A DNA stretch of 64,000 bases from Candidatus Omnitrophota bacterium (GTDB lineage: Bacteria > Omnitrophota > Gorgyraeia > Zapsychrales > Zapsychraceae): contig JAGQKV010000006.1 in assembly GCA_020429915.1 (NCBI GenBank), forward strand, positions 5,458-69,457. The letters run 5' to 3'. The position numbers and the translations under genes were made by a program. The stretch's first letter is position 1. Each line of letters starts with the position of its first letter. The notes below the pieces were generated by a model. It was not told where the DNA came from and ran no database searches. It worked only from the letters and a program-made list of their open reading frames with translations. This document shows, piece by piece, positions 9,478 to 18,703 of the stretch.

Positions 9478-11226
9478 ATGAGAAGCAAAGACATCTCCAT
9501 CGCTTTTATTTGCAATGCCGTTTTATTGGGCCTGTTATGCGCCGATGCCCTCGGTCTCAATCTGTATCTCCGGGCTTTGTTCGTCAATTTGGCGATGTAT
9601 GTGGTCCCCGGAACGGGCTGGCTGGGCATCATGCGCCGGCATGTTTCGAGCGCGGTGTTCCTGTTGTTTTTTCAATTCGTCCTGTCCGTTGCCGCGTTGA
9701 TCGTCCTGCATTTGGGATTCCTCGCCGCGGGACACGTCCCGGACACGCACACGTTTTTAGTCGGTCTGCTGGTCCTGACAAATGCCGGTATTCTCGTCAG
9801 CCGGCCGGCAGCGGCGTTCGCCATGCTGCGTTTTGATTACTGGCGGATCGTGATTCTGGGCGTGACCCTGGTCTGCGTTTATACCTGCGTGTTTGCGGGC
9901 ATGCGCACTCTCCCCGGACAGTTGGACCTCGACGGCGAACATCAGGGAACGGCCTACGGGATCGTCCACGAGTTCCGGCCCTATCTGACCAGCGACATCA
10001 TCGCCTCGCCGTACTACTTCGCCCATCCGCCGTTAACCAATATTTTTAACGCCTACAGCACTTTGCTGTTGAACCGGACGGAAGATTACCGTTATTTTTA
10101 CGAAACCGCGAAACAGACCGAGCGCGTGCTCGGCTTGCGCCCCGGCGGACAGGAACCGGTGAGCCTTGGTCCGGAGCGGGGAAGTTTGATTTACTTCCAG
10201 GGCAGTACCTATGTCTTCCGGACGATGCGCGGCAATGACATGCTGGACCGGCCGATTTCCCGGCAAAGGGTGATGGAACATTTGGCGGCACCGGATCAAA
10301 AGAAGTTCTTCGACGATCCGCGGCCGTTTCCGGCGCGCGCTTCGAATATTTTTGCCAGCCTGTTCGTCCTGTGCGTGCTGTTTCAGTGGATCACCAAGCT
10401 GACGAATTCGCGGCTATTGGGTATCGTCGCCGGATTTGTCTATGTCTTCTCGCCGGGGATTTTCATCCGCTCCTGTTTCTCCGAGCACGTGGCCTTCACC
10501 AACGCCCTGTTGGTCGTATTGGCCTATCAGTTTTGTTTTCCCGAAGAATTCCGGGGAAAGGGACGTTGGGGCGGCCTGCTGGCCTATGTCCCGGGGCTGA
10601 TCGCCGGGCTGATCAATCAAAAAATAGTAATCATGGTCGCGCCGGTACTGGTGATGGAAGTCGTGACGTGTCTGCGGCAACGCGGGGCCGGGTCGTGGGC
10701 GGTCCGGCTTGTGAAGGCGGCGCCCATTCCCGCGGGTTTCGCGGCGGGCACGGTGCTGTTTTGGATCTACGGTCTGGCGATTGACCCGGCGGCGTTTTTT
10801 ATTTCGCATCTGCGGACACATTTTTTCGACCGTCTGCTGCATTTGAACACCATGTTCGGCGGGGATTATCCCGGCGCCGGTCTGCTCTGGTATCAGTTCA
10901 ATCACGAATTTCCGCCTTTTTTGCTGAGCGTCTTCGCTGTGTTGTATAGTTTAAAGAGCCAGCGCAACCGGACTGTCGTCTTTTTGACCGCCTGGGCCGT
11001 TTTCGGCGGAGTCCTGTTTTCCGTGGTCGACTGGAAACAAACCAATCATCTCACTCAGCTGACGATTCCGTTGTTGGCCGTGTTGATGATGTATATCGAA
11101 CAGCAGCCGCTCGCCTACAAACGGGTGTTAAAGGTTTTGGTGGGGTTGTGTCTGCTTTACGGTTTCTGGTTCGACATGCAGCTGCTGGCGGATTTTCATT
11201 TTTACAAACCGGTCAGCGGATGGTAA
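9478..11226 (+). CDS. Polytopic membrane protein, possibly a further GT-C-type glycosyltransferase
   Basis: More than 12 hydrophobic helices. A loop 'DGEHQGTAYGIVHEF' is reminiscent of GT-C first-loop motifs. No firm family assignment. Confidence 0.4.
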   Translation: MRSKDISIAFICNAVLLGLLCADALGLNLYLRALFVNLAMYVVPGTGWLGIMRRHVSSAVFLLFFQFVLSVAALIVLHLGFLAAGHVPDTHTFLVGLLVLTNAGILVSRPAAAFAMLRFDYWRIVILGVTLVCVYTCVFAGMRTLPGQLDLDGEHQGTAYGIVHEFRPYLTSDIIASPYYFAHPPLTNIFNAYSTLLLNRTEDYRYFYETAKQTERVLGLRPGGQEPVSLGPERGSLIYFQGSTYVFRTMRGNDMLDRPISRQRVMEHLAAPDQKKFFDDPRPFPARASNIFASLFVLCVLFQWITKLTNSRLLGIVAGFVYVFSPGIFIRSCFSEHVAFTNALLVVLAYQFCFPEEFRGKGRWGGLLAYVPGLIAGLINQKIVIMVAPVLVMEVVTCLRQRGAGSWAVRLVKAAPIPAGFAAGTVLFWIYGLAIDPAAFFISHLRTHFFDRLLHLNTMFGGDYPGAGLLWYQFNHEFPPFLLSVFAVLYSLKSQRNRTVVFLTAWAVFGGVLFSVVDWKQTNHLTQLTIPLLAVLMMYIEQQPLAYKRVLKVLVGLCLLYGFWFDMQLLADFHFYKPVSGW

Positions 11227-11241
11227 GAGAGAGGCGTCTGA

Positions 11242-13017
11242 ATGCAACGGGTCGTTGATTGGTTGAGGGACAATCGCACACTGTTGTGGCTGACATGCGC
11301 GCTGTGTCTGTTGCGGGCGGCGCCCTTATTCAGTGTGGAGGCGATTTGGCCGTCGCTCGAACGCTTCTATGCCGGAACCGTGGCCCGCGAGATGGCCGAC
11401 GGGCTGAAAATGCCACTCCTGGATTATCAATTCAGCAGCTATGAACCCGGATGGCTGCTGGCGGGTTTGCTTTGCCTGCCCTTTATGAAGCTCGTCGGTT
11501 TCACGTCGTTCGGCATGGCGTTGGCCGGGATATTATTGGACGCGATTCAATTTGTGATTTTTTATCGCATCCTGAACCGTTACATCAATCCACGCGTGGC
11601 ATTGTTTTACGGTTTGCAATATATCATCGCGCCCTACATTCTTCACGTCACCAACATCTTCGTCAACTTCAGTTATTTTGACCTGCCCTTTCTGACCGCC
11701 CTGTTTTTGGGAATGTATCTGAAGATTTTTCGTGACAACGGGGTTCACGCCGTTGTCGGGGGGACGGGCTTTTCGTTGTTTTGTCTGGGGCTGTTGGGTG
11801 GATTCTCGACGTGGCTTTGCCTGGCTTTTTTACTGATCGCCGTGCCGTGCCTGGTGCATTGGCGGGTTTATGTCCGCCGCGCGCGGCCGCGGGAAGTAGG
11901 CGCGTTTCTGGGCGGGTTCCTGATCGGCTTGAGCCCGTTGTTACTGCGCTGGTCCACCTTTGCCGGCGGAATCCAAAGCGGAATCCTTGAGCGGATCCTG
12001 GCGCAGGACGCCGGCGGGTTCATTTCAAGGTTGATTGGATTTCTTGCGGTGCGGCCGGCGTTTGCCTGGTCGGTGTTCTTTCAGTACATCGAGATCCTGG
12101 GTGTCCTGCTTTTTGTGATACTCATTATTCTGAGGAGAAAAGAGCTCGGCCGGGCCGTATCCGGATTATTCGGCGGCCGGGTCGGGGCTCCGGACGACAA
12201 CGGACTTCCGGTGATCTATATCGTCTATCTCCTGACGTTTATCACGGTATTCTGTTCGAGTGATTTTTCGAATGAACGGTATTTTCAGCCTGTGTATCCC
12301 TTTTTATTCGGCTGCAACGCCATGGCCGTTGACGGGCTGATGCGGATGCGGTCGCGCGTTTGGGGCCGGATCGGCACGGGGGTCCTGACTTTGCAATTGC
12401 TGCTGGCGGCGGCCGACTGCGCGACGGTCCCGCTGTATCGGACCGCGCCGAACCTGGCGCTCTTTCGCGACCGGGCCTATTCATACGCGTTGATCGGTTG
12501 CCTGTCCAGCTGGCGCTTCCGCCTGGACCCGCGGCGGGTGATGGCCATTTACGCGCGGTTGAAATCCGACGAAGACCGGCAGGCCTACATGCGGGGCTTC
12601 GGCTTCGAACTGGCAGTGGAAAGTGACGATACGCTTGCCGACGATTATTTCCAGTACCTGCGGGAGCATTTCCCCACAGACGACGGACGCCGCCGCGCTT
12701 TTCGCGTCGGACTCTTGCTGGGGCAGGGACAGCGGCAGTACGAAGGTACCGCGTTGTCCGAATTTTATCCGACGATACTGCAGTCCGTCACCCGGGAGGA
12801 GGTGCGACGATTCGTGAAGGAACAGGTTCGGCTGATCGGTTTTGAGGACGATGCCGACCGGCCGGCGTTATATGCGGGACTGGGTCAACAGTTTTTTGCG
12901 GTAGCCCCGGACATCGGGCTGCCCGCGGCGGAGGTAATTCCGTTTATTGAAGAGAAGTACCGGGGTGATTTCTTTCAAGGCCGGTTGCTGGCCGATCGTT
13001 ACCGGGATCAAATCTAG
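11242..13017 (+). CDS. ArnT/PMT-like membrane protein with a unique C-terminal soluble domain (paralog 1 of a tandem pair)
   Basis: 591 aa. 'WPSLERFYAGTVAREMADG' resembles the ArnT 'DEARYAEIAREM' loop. The N-terminal ~330 aa are membrane-embedded; the C-terminal ~250 aa are soluble. Clear paralog of the next gene. Confidence 0.5.
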   Translation: MQRVVDWLRDNRTLLWLTCALCLLRAAPLFSVEAIWPSLERFYAGTVAREMADGLKMPLLDYQFSSYEPGWLLAGLLCLPFMKLVGFTSFGMALAGILLDAIQFVIFYRILNRYINPRVALFYGLQYIIAPYILHVTNIFVNFSYFDLPFLTALFLGMYLKIFRDNGVHAVVGGTGFSLFCLGLLGGFSTWLCLAFLLIAVPCLVHWRVYVRRARPREVGAFLGGFLIGLSPLLLRWSTFAGGIQSGILERILAQDAGGFISRLIGFLAVRPAFAWSVFFQYIEILGVLLFVILIILRRKELGRAVSGLFGGRVGAPDDNGLPVIYIVYLLTFITVFCSSDFSNERYFQPVYPFLFGCNAMAVDGLMRMRSRVWGRIGTGVLTLQLLLAAADCATVPLYRTAPNLALFRDRAYSYALIGCLSSWRFRLDPRRVMAIYARLKSDEDRQAYMRGFGFELAVESDDTLADDYFQYLREHFPTDDGRRRAFRVGLLLGQGQRQYEGTALSEFYPTILQSVTREEVRRFVKEQVRLIGFEDDADRPALYAGLGQQFFAVAPDIGLPAAEVIPFIEEKYRGDFFQGRLLADRYRDQI

Positions 13018-13028
13018 GAGAGCGAAAG

Positions 13029-14804
13029 ATGGAAGGCATCGGCCGCTGGCTGAAGAATAACCGGAGTCTGGTGATCCTCACCGCCGCCCTTATCGCGGCG
13101 CGGGTGTCGTTGATTTTCTGCACCGAGCAGCTGTGGCCGTCGCTGGAACGGTTCTACACCGGGACCGTGGCCAAGGAGTTGGCCGACGGCATGGCCATGC
13201 CGCTGTGGGATTATCAGTTCAGCAGCTATGAGGCCGGGTGGCTGCTGGCGGCCCTGCTGTGCCTGCCGTTCTTTAAACTGTTCGGTTTTACGTCCTTTGC
13301 CATGGGCTTGTGCGGCATTATTCTCTACGTCATCCAGTTCGTTTTGCTCTACCGGCTGATCGAAAGGGGACTGAACCGCCGGGTCGCCGTTTTCTTCGGC
13401 CTGCAATACCTGTTCGCGCAGTATATCTTCAATCTCAACGCCCTGTTTGTCGGCTTTAACTACTTTAACATCGTTTTCCTGTACGCCCTGTTCCTCACTT
13501 TTTACCGGGCGGTCTTCCGCGACAATGCGATCCACGGTGTGGTCGGCGGGCCGTTGCTTTCGTTGTTTTTCTTAGGGCTGCTCGGCGGGTTTTCGACATG
13601 GGTGTGCTACGCCTTCGCGTTGATTGCGATCCCGTGCTTCATTCACTGGTGGATTTATTACCGTTCCCGGGATCTGCGGACGGTAGTGAGTTTTGTCGCC
13701 GGTTTCGTACTCGGCGGCAGCCCGTTGTTTTTTCGAATCGCCACGTTCGCCGGTGGGATCAAGACGGATATCCTGGCCAAGATCATCGCACAGGATTTGC
13801 CGGGCTTTATCGCGAAGTTTTGGCATTTTATCGGATTTGAACACAGTTACGCGCGTTCGGTGTTTTCCGATTACCTGGAGATCCTGGGAACGATTTTATT
13901 TGCGCTGATCATCTTTTTGAAGCGAAACGACCTGGGCCGTTTACTCGGTGCCGTTTTCGGATCGCGTGCCGTGGAAGAAGGCGAGAGCGGGACGTTTTTG
14001 CTGTTCTGTCTGTACCCCGCGGCCTTCCTGACCGTGTTCTGTCTGAGCGGTTTCGCGGACTACCGCTACTTTGCGCCGGTCTATCCGTTTGTCTTCGCTG
14101 TGAACGCCATTGCCGTCGATCTTCTGCTGAGTTACCGGAACCGATTTGTGAAGGGATTGGGGGCCGGATGTCTCGGGGTTTTATTGCTTTTTGGGGTGGC
14201 CGATAGTATAATTATACCGCTATATCCGGTTGCACCGAATCTTGCTTTATTCCGCGACGAGGCCTATTCCTACGAACTTTTGGGGTGTCTGGTCAGCTGG
14301 CGCTTTAAGGATGACCCCAGACGGGTTATGCGTGTGGTCAACCGGCTTTCCGACGATGAGAAACGCACGGATTTATTGCGCGGTTTCGGATTCGAGCTGG
14401 CCTTCGACGGGAACGAAGAACTCATCAAAGAGTACGATGTTTTTTTCGCCAACACCTACCGTCACCGGCCGGCGTTCCTGAAGGCTTATTCCAAGGGGTT
14501 TGTGATGGGGCTCGGCCACGAATATTTCGACGGCACGCCCCTCGGCGAATATTATCCGGAGGTCTTGCGGAATATCCCGCGCACCGGAGTCGAGCGGTAC
14601 TTGGTTAAGAAGCTGGACTTGATCGATATGCTCGATCCCCGGTACCGGCCGAAATGCTACATCGGTTTAGGTTTCCAGTTTTCCGCCCTTGAGGAGGAAT
14701 ACGGTCTGGACGCAGAATTTGTAACGCACCGGATCGGCACGGAGTATCACGACGACTTTATGCGTGGTGTCGCGCTTGGAAAAACATATACTTACCGGCT
14801 CTAA
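13029..14804 (+). CDS. ArnT/PMT-like membrane protein (paralog 2 of the tandem pair)
   Basis: 591 aa and collinear with the previous gene ('WPSLERFYTGTVAKELADG', 'DYQFSSYEAGWLLAALLCLPF', 'ALFRDEAYSYELLGCLVSWRF' conserved between the two copies). Confidence 0.5.
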   Translation: MEGIGRWLKNNRSLVILTAALIAARVSLIFCTEQLWPSLERFYTGTVAKELADGMAMPLWDYQFSSYEAGWLLAALLCLPFFKLFGFTSFAMGLCGIILYVIQFVLLYRLIERGLNRRVAVFFGLQYLFAQYIFNLNALFVGFNYFNIVFLYALFLTFYRAVFRDNAIHGVVGGPLLSLFFLGLLGGFSTWVCYAFALIAIPCFIHWWIYYRSRDLRTVVSFVAGFVLGGSPLFFRIATFAGGIKTDILAKIIAQDLPGFIAKFWHFIGFEHSYARSVFSDYLEILGTILFALIIFLKRNDLGRLLGAVFGSRAVEEGESGTFLLFCLYPAAFLTVFCLSGFADYRYFAPVYPFVFAVNAIAVDLLLSYRNRFVKGLGAGCLGVLLLFGVADSIIIPLYPVAPNLALFRDEAYSYELLGCLVSWRFKDDPRRVMRVVNRLSDDEKRTDLLRGFGFELAFDGNEELIKEYDVFFANTYRHRPAFLKAYSKGFVMGLGHEYFDGTPLGEYYPEVLRNIPRTGVERYLVKKLDLIDMLDPRYRPKCYIGLGFQFSALEEEYGLDAEFVTHRIGTEYHDDFMRGVALGKTYTYRL

Positions 14805-14818
14805 TTCAGGAGGCCTAC

Positions 14819-15985
14819 ATGTATCAATCCCAGGAAAAACCGACCCGCCTTAATTATTTCCAGAAAGTCGTCAGCCATCTTACTTATTTTGATTTCGTCT
14901 ACAAAAATCCCTGGGTTGTAGCCCGCCTTATCAAGAATTATTTCCGAATCATCGTCTTGCGGCAGCAGGTTATCCGCATTATCGATATCGGCGTTACCGC
15001 CGCATGCAACGCCAAGTGCGCGCATTGCTGCAGCGACGCCACCGTCGACACGCGCTGCACCACGCAAGGTGCGCCTGAGATGCGTGAACCGCTCGACATT
15101 GAAGAAATCGAAGATATCATCGCTCAAAGCGTGAAGATGGGTGCCGTGATTTTCAATTTCCTCGGTGGCGAACCACTGGTGTACAAAGACATTTACCGCG
15201 CCATCCGTTGCGTCAAGAAGCATCATGCCATCGCCGGGATGTCGACGAATGGATTTCTGCTTTCCGAAAAGGTCGTCGCTCAGTTGAAAGAAGCCGGGCT
15301 TGACTGCATTCAGGTGGACCTCGGCGGGGGACTCAATCCCAAGGAAATCGACGAGATCCGCGGACTCACCGGATGTCTTGACAGGGCGCTGAACGGGATC
15401 CGGCTGCTGAAGGAGGCCAACATCAAGGTCATTATGAGTACGATCATGACCAAGAAGAATGCCGCCAACGGGGACATCTGGAAGATGGTTCAGCTAGCCA
15501 AGGACCTGAACATCAAGATCAACGTCAATTGCTCCTCACGCACCGGCGGGTGGGCCGGCAATGAGGACAGCGAGCTGTCCGAAAAGGAATTTGCGATCTA
15601 CAAGGAAATCATCAAGATGCCGCACACGCGGTGGGCCGGCAGCACGAATTATTTTGCCGAGTTCTGTCCCTGCGGGACCGAAAAGATCATGATCACCACT
15701 TACGGTGAGATTCAGCCCTGCGGGTTGATCCCGCTTTCTTACGGGAATTTCCGCAGCGAGGCGATCAATGATATCTGGACCCGCATGCAGACCCAGAAGA
15801 TCATTTGTGACGGCAAGAAGGAAAAGGCCTGCCGCTCCGCCTGGGATAAGGACATCATCCGGCTGAACACATCCATGTATGAAACGGATAAGCCCAAACC
15901 GTTGCGGGTCGACGACATTCCCCAGGAGCGGTTGAAGGCCACGGAAAAGCCGGCGGATTCGACGGTCAATTCTTCCCAATCGTAG
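14819..15985 (+). CDS. Radical SAM enzyme with C-terminal SPASM/twitch domain
   Basis: 'CNAKCAHC' CX3CX2C radical SAM cluster motif. A second C-terminal Cys cluster 'CPCGTEK..PCG' is typical of SPASM/twitch auxiliary domains. An AGGAGG RBS lies 7 nt upstream. Confidence 0.75.
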   Translation: MYQSQEKPTRLNYFQKVVSHLTYFDFVYKNPWVVARLIKNYFRIIVLRQQVIRIIDIGVTAACNAKCAHCCSDATVDTRCTTQGAPEMREPLDIEEIEDIIAQSVKMGAVIFNFLGGEPLVYKDIYRAIRCVKKHHAIAGMSTNGFLLSEKVVAQLKEAGLDCIQVDLGGGLNPKEIDEIRGLTGCLDRALNGIRLLKEANIKVIMSTIMTKKNAANGDIWKMVQLAKDLNIKINVNCSSRTGGWAGNEDSELSEKEFAIYKEIIKMPHTRWAGSTNYFAEFCPCGTEKIMITTYGEIQPCGLIPLSYGNFRSEAINDIWTRMQTQKIICDGKKEKACRSAWDKDIIRLNTSMYETDKPKPLRVDDIPQERLKATEKPADSTVNSSQS

Positions 15986-16007
15986 TCACGATCCGGAGAC
16001 AAAAGTC

Positions 16008-16052
16008 AATTGCGGCAAGGGTTTGCGATAATCTCGCGCTTGCCGCCCGGGT
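16008..16052 (+). terminator. Stem-loop immediately downstream of the first rSAM gene (possible terminator or attenuator)
   Basis: GCGGCAAG(16008-16015)...CTTGCCGC(16045-16052): an 8-bp perfect inverted repeat with a 29-nt spacer/loop that contains a smaller hairpin. There is no strong T tract. Confidence 0.3.
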
Positions 16053-16105
16053 TTAAGTATTCTATCCTTGTAGCATAGATTTCCGCTCCGGCCGCCGTCC
16101 GATAT

Positions 16106-16136
16106 TTGTAGACAAAGAGGTTAATGGGGATATAAT
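16106..16136 (+). promoter_or_regulatory. Candidate sigma70-like promoter for the second SPASM rSAM gene
   Basis: TTGTAG(16106-16111)-N19-TATAAT(16131-16136) inside a 231-bp AT-rich intergenic region. Confidence 0.3.
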
Positions 16137-16216
16137 ATTACTACTATAAATCAGTAGAAACACGGATACCGGATGCGTGGACAGACGCCCGAACGACCCG
16201 CCTCAAAGGCCATAAG

Positions 16217-17272
16217 ATGATAAATATAAACAACTTATGGAAACACAGAAAATTGCTGCGTAACAATTTTCAGATTGTTCCCAGAGTTGTCCAGGATTAC
16301 TACCGGCTGCTGGTCCTGAAACAGCCGGTCCTGCGCAAAGTGGACATTGCCGTGATTGCCGGGTGCAACGCGAAATGTCCTTTTTGTTTTGCCGCGACCC
16401 TGGAAAATGAGGAGGGCCCGCAACTCAGCCTTCCCGAGATTCAGGGGATCGTCACCGAAGCGGTTAAGCTCGGGGCCATCGCGGTGGAGTTTATCGGCGG
16501 TGAACCGTTGATGTGCCGCCACCTCGCCGACGCGGTCCGCTTTGCCCGCCGCCAGAATGTCCTCACCAGCACCACCACCAACGGCCTGCTGCTTACACAC
16601 AAAAAGATCCATGAGCTCAACGACGCCGGCCTGAATGTCATCCAGATCAGTCTCGACAGCGCCGATCACCGCGAACACGATGCCAGCCGGGGTGTACCCG
16701 GCTGTTACGCCAAGATCATGCAGGCCATTGAATGGATTCGCGAAACCGATATCGAGCTGATGCTCAGCACGGTGGCCACCAATGAAAACCTCAGTAACGA
16801 CGGTGTCATGAAGGTTGTGAAGTTTGCCGAGCATCTCGACGTCCCGATCACCGTCAACCCGGCCTCCAAGGCCGGGGGCTGGAAAGGGAATGCCAACGTC
16901 CTGCTGACCGATGAGAACCGCCGCCGTTTCGAACAGATCGTGCAAACGTCCCACGCGCGCTGGGCCGGCCAGGTGAATTTCCTTAAAGAGGGGTGTCCGT
17001 GCGGTAAAGAGGTTATTTATGTCACGGCTTACGGACATGTGATCCCCTGCGGTTTTATCCAGATTTCTTACGGAAATATCCGGCAGGAACCCCTGACCCA
17101 AATCTGGGACCGGATGCAGGAGCACCGGCTCATGCAGGAAGATAAAAACACCTGTATCGCCGCCTTTGACAAGGCATTCATTAAGGATTACATCGATCCG
17201 CTCGATCGCCGGGAAGATTTGCCGGTTTACATCCACGACCATCCCACATACAAGCAGAAGGTGAACGGATAA
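16217..17272 (+). CDS. Radical SAM enzyme with SPASM/twitch domain (paralog of 14819-15985)
   Basis: 'CNAKCPFC' CX3CX2C motif and C-terminal 'CPCGKE..PCG'. Collinear similarity with the preceding rSAM (e.g. 'VLRKVDIAVIAGCNAKC' vs 'VIRIIDIGVTAACNAKC'; 'HARWAGQVNF' vs 'HTRWAGSTNY'). Confidence 0.75.
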   Translation: MININNLWKHRKLLRNNFQIVPRVVQDYYRLLVLKQPVLRKVDIAVIAGCNAKCPFCFAATLENEEGPQLSLPEIQGIVTEAVKLGAIAVEFIGGEPLMCRHLADAVRFARRQNVLTSTTTNGLLLTHKKIHELNDAGLNVIQISLDSADHREHDASRGVPGCYAKIMQAIEWIRETDIELMLSTVATNENLSNDGVMKVVKFAEHLDVPITVNPASKAGGWKGNANVLLTDENRRRFEQIVQTSHARWAGQVNFLKEGCPCGKEVIYVTAYGHVIPCGFIQISYGNIRQEPLTQIWDRMQEHRLMQEDKNTCIAAFDKAFIKDYIDPLDRREDLPVYIHDHPTYKQKVNG

Positions 17273-17274
17273 CT

Positions 17275-18699
17275 ATGAAAGTACTGCTCGTCAATCCCTG
17301 GTCGCTTAAGAAATTCAATGTGATTGTGATTCCCAACATCAGTCTGGGTTATCTCGCGGCGTCGCTGATGAAGGCGGGGCACGAGGTGGAAATTCTGGAT
17401 TGTGTCCGGGACCGTATCGATCCCGATCAATTTGAAAGCCGGATTCGTGAGAATCCCGACTATGACCTGATCGGATTTTCGTTGTTTACGACCTACGTAG
17501 GAGCGGTCAAGAAATATACCGAGGCGATCAAACGGATCAATCCGCGCATCGCAACCGCGGTGGGCGGTCCGCACGCCGTGCTCGAACCGGTGGAAACTTT
17601 GGAGATCCTCACGGACGTCGACTTCGGATTCCGTGGCGAGGCGGAAATCGGGATATGCCAACTCGTCGAAGTCCTCGGCATGGAGGCCGACCCGTATGGT
17701 CACGACCGGTTGCGCGAGGTGGATAATCTGGTGTGGCGCGACAAGGGCGGTGAAATCGTTTGCAATCCCCGCGTGATGATCGACGATCTGGACAGCCTGC
17801 CGTACCCGCCGTGGGATATTATGAATCCGGGCAAGTATCCGCTGGCCCCGATCGGAGTCTTTTCCAAACGGCGCAAAGTTGCGCCGATCATCGCCACGCG
17901 CGGCTGCCCGTACCCGTGCACTTTTTGCGCGGCCGGAAAGATGTCCGGCAAAAAGATGCGCACCCGTTCGGTGGAAAACATTCTGGATGAAATCAAACTG
18001 CTGGTGGACAAGTTTGGCGTCGAGGAAATCAATATCCTGGATGATAACTTTACGTTGCAACACAAGCTGGTCGAGGATTTTTGCCACGGATTGATCGACA
18101 ACAATATCGATATTACCTGGTCCTGTCCCAACGGGGTCCGGCTCGACACGCTCGACGCGGAGTTATTGAAGTTGATGGAGCGGGCCGGCTGCTATTCCTT
18201 CGGTGTCGGCATCGAGTGGGGCACGTCCAAGATGCTCAAGATCACGCGCAAGTGCGTGACGCTGGCCACCATCCGTGAAAAGGTGGACCTGATCAAGGCC
18301 AACACCAATATCCGGGTGACCGGCTTCTTCATGCTCGGGCATCCGGAAGAAACGATCGAAGACGTGGAGGCTACCATTGACTTTGCCTGCAGTCTGAATA
18401 TCGACCGGGCCAATTTTTTCAACTTTTCGCCGTTTCCGGGGATTGTCGAATACGACAAACTGAAACGGGAAGGGAAGGTCATCAAGAACTGGTATGACTC
18501 GCTTTATATCAACAGCGTCGTGTACACGCCGCGGCAGATGACCCGCCAGCAATTGGTCAATCTGCAGCGCAAGGCCTTTTGGCGGTTCTACACGCGCCCG
18601 CGGATATTCTTTAATATTCTGAAGGAGATTAAATCGTTCAGCCAGTTTATGGTGGTCTTCAAAAAATCGATGCGGTTAGTCTTCGTTCACGGTCAGTAG
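17275..18699 (+). CDS. B12-binding-domain radical SAM enzyme (class B rSAM)
   Basis: N-terminal Rossmann-like cobalamin-binding region ('VLLVNPW...GYLAASL..GHEVEILD'). 'TRGCPYPCTFC' CX3CX2C motif. Confidence 0.75.
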   Translation: MKVLLVNPWSLKKFNVIVIPNISLGYLAASLMKAGHEVEILDCVRDRIDPDQFESRIRENPDYDLIGFSLFTTYVGAVKKYTEAIKRINPRIATAVGGPHAVLEPVETLEILTDVDFGFRGEAEIGICQLVEVLGMEADPYGHDRLREVDNLVWRDKGGEIVCNPRVMIDDLDSLPYPPWDIMNPGKYPLAPIGVFSKRRKVAPIIATRGCPYPCTFCAAGKMSGKKMRTRSVENILDEIKLLVDKFGVEEINILDDNFTLQHKLVEDFCHGLIDNNIDITWSCPNGVRLDTLDAELLKLMERAGCYSFGVGIEWGTSKMLKITRKCVTLATIREKVDLIKANTNIRVTGFFMLGHPEETIEDVEATIDFACSLNIDRANFFNFSPFPGIVEYDKLKREGKVIKNWYDSLYINSVVYTPRQMTRQQLVNLQRKAFWRFYTRPRIFFNILKEIKSFSQFMVVFKKSMRLVFVHGQ

Positions 18700-18703
18700 T
18701 GAG

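Noticed and set aside
15986-16216. RiPP precursor peptide between the two SPASM radical SAM genes
   Set aside because: The only ORF there is 15 aa (MRGQTPERPASKAIR), with no Cys or Thr. No leader or core features.
16235-17242. 335-aa ORF on the minus strand
   Set aside because: It is antisense to the second SPASM radical SAM gene.
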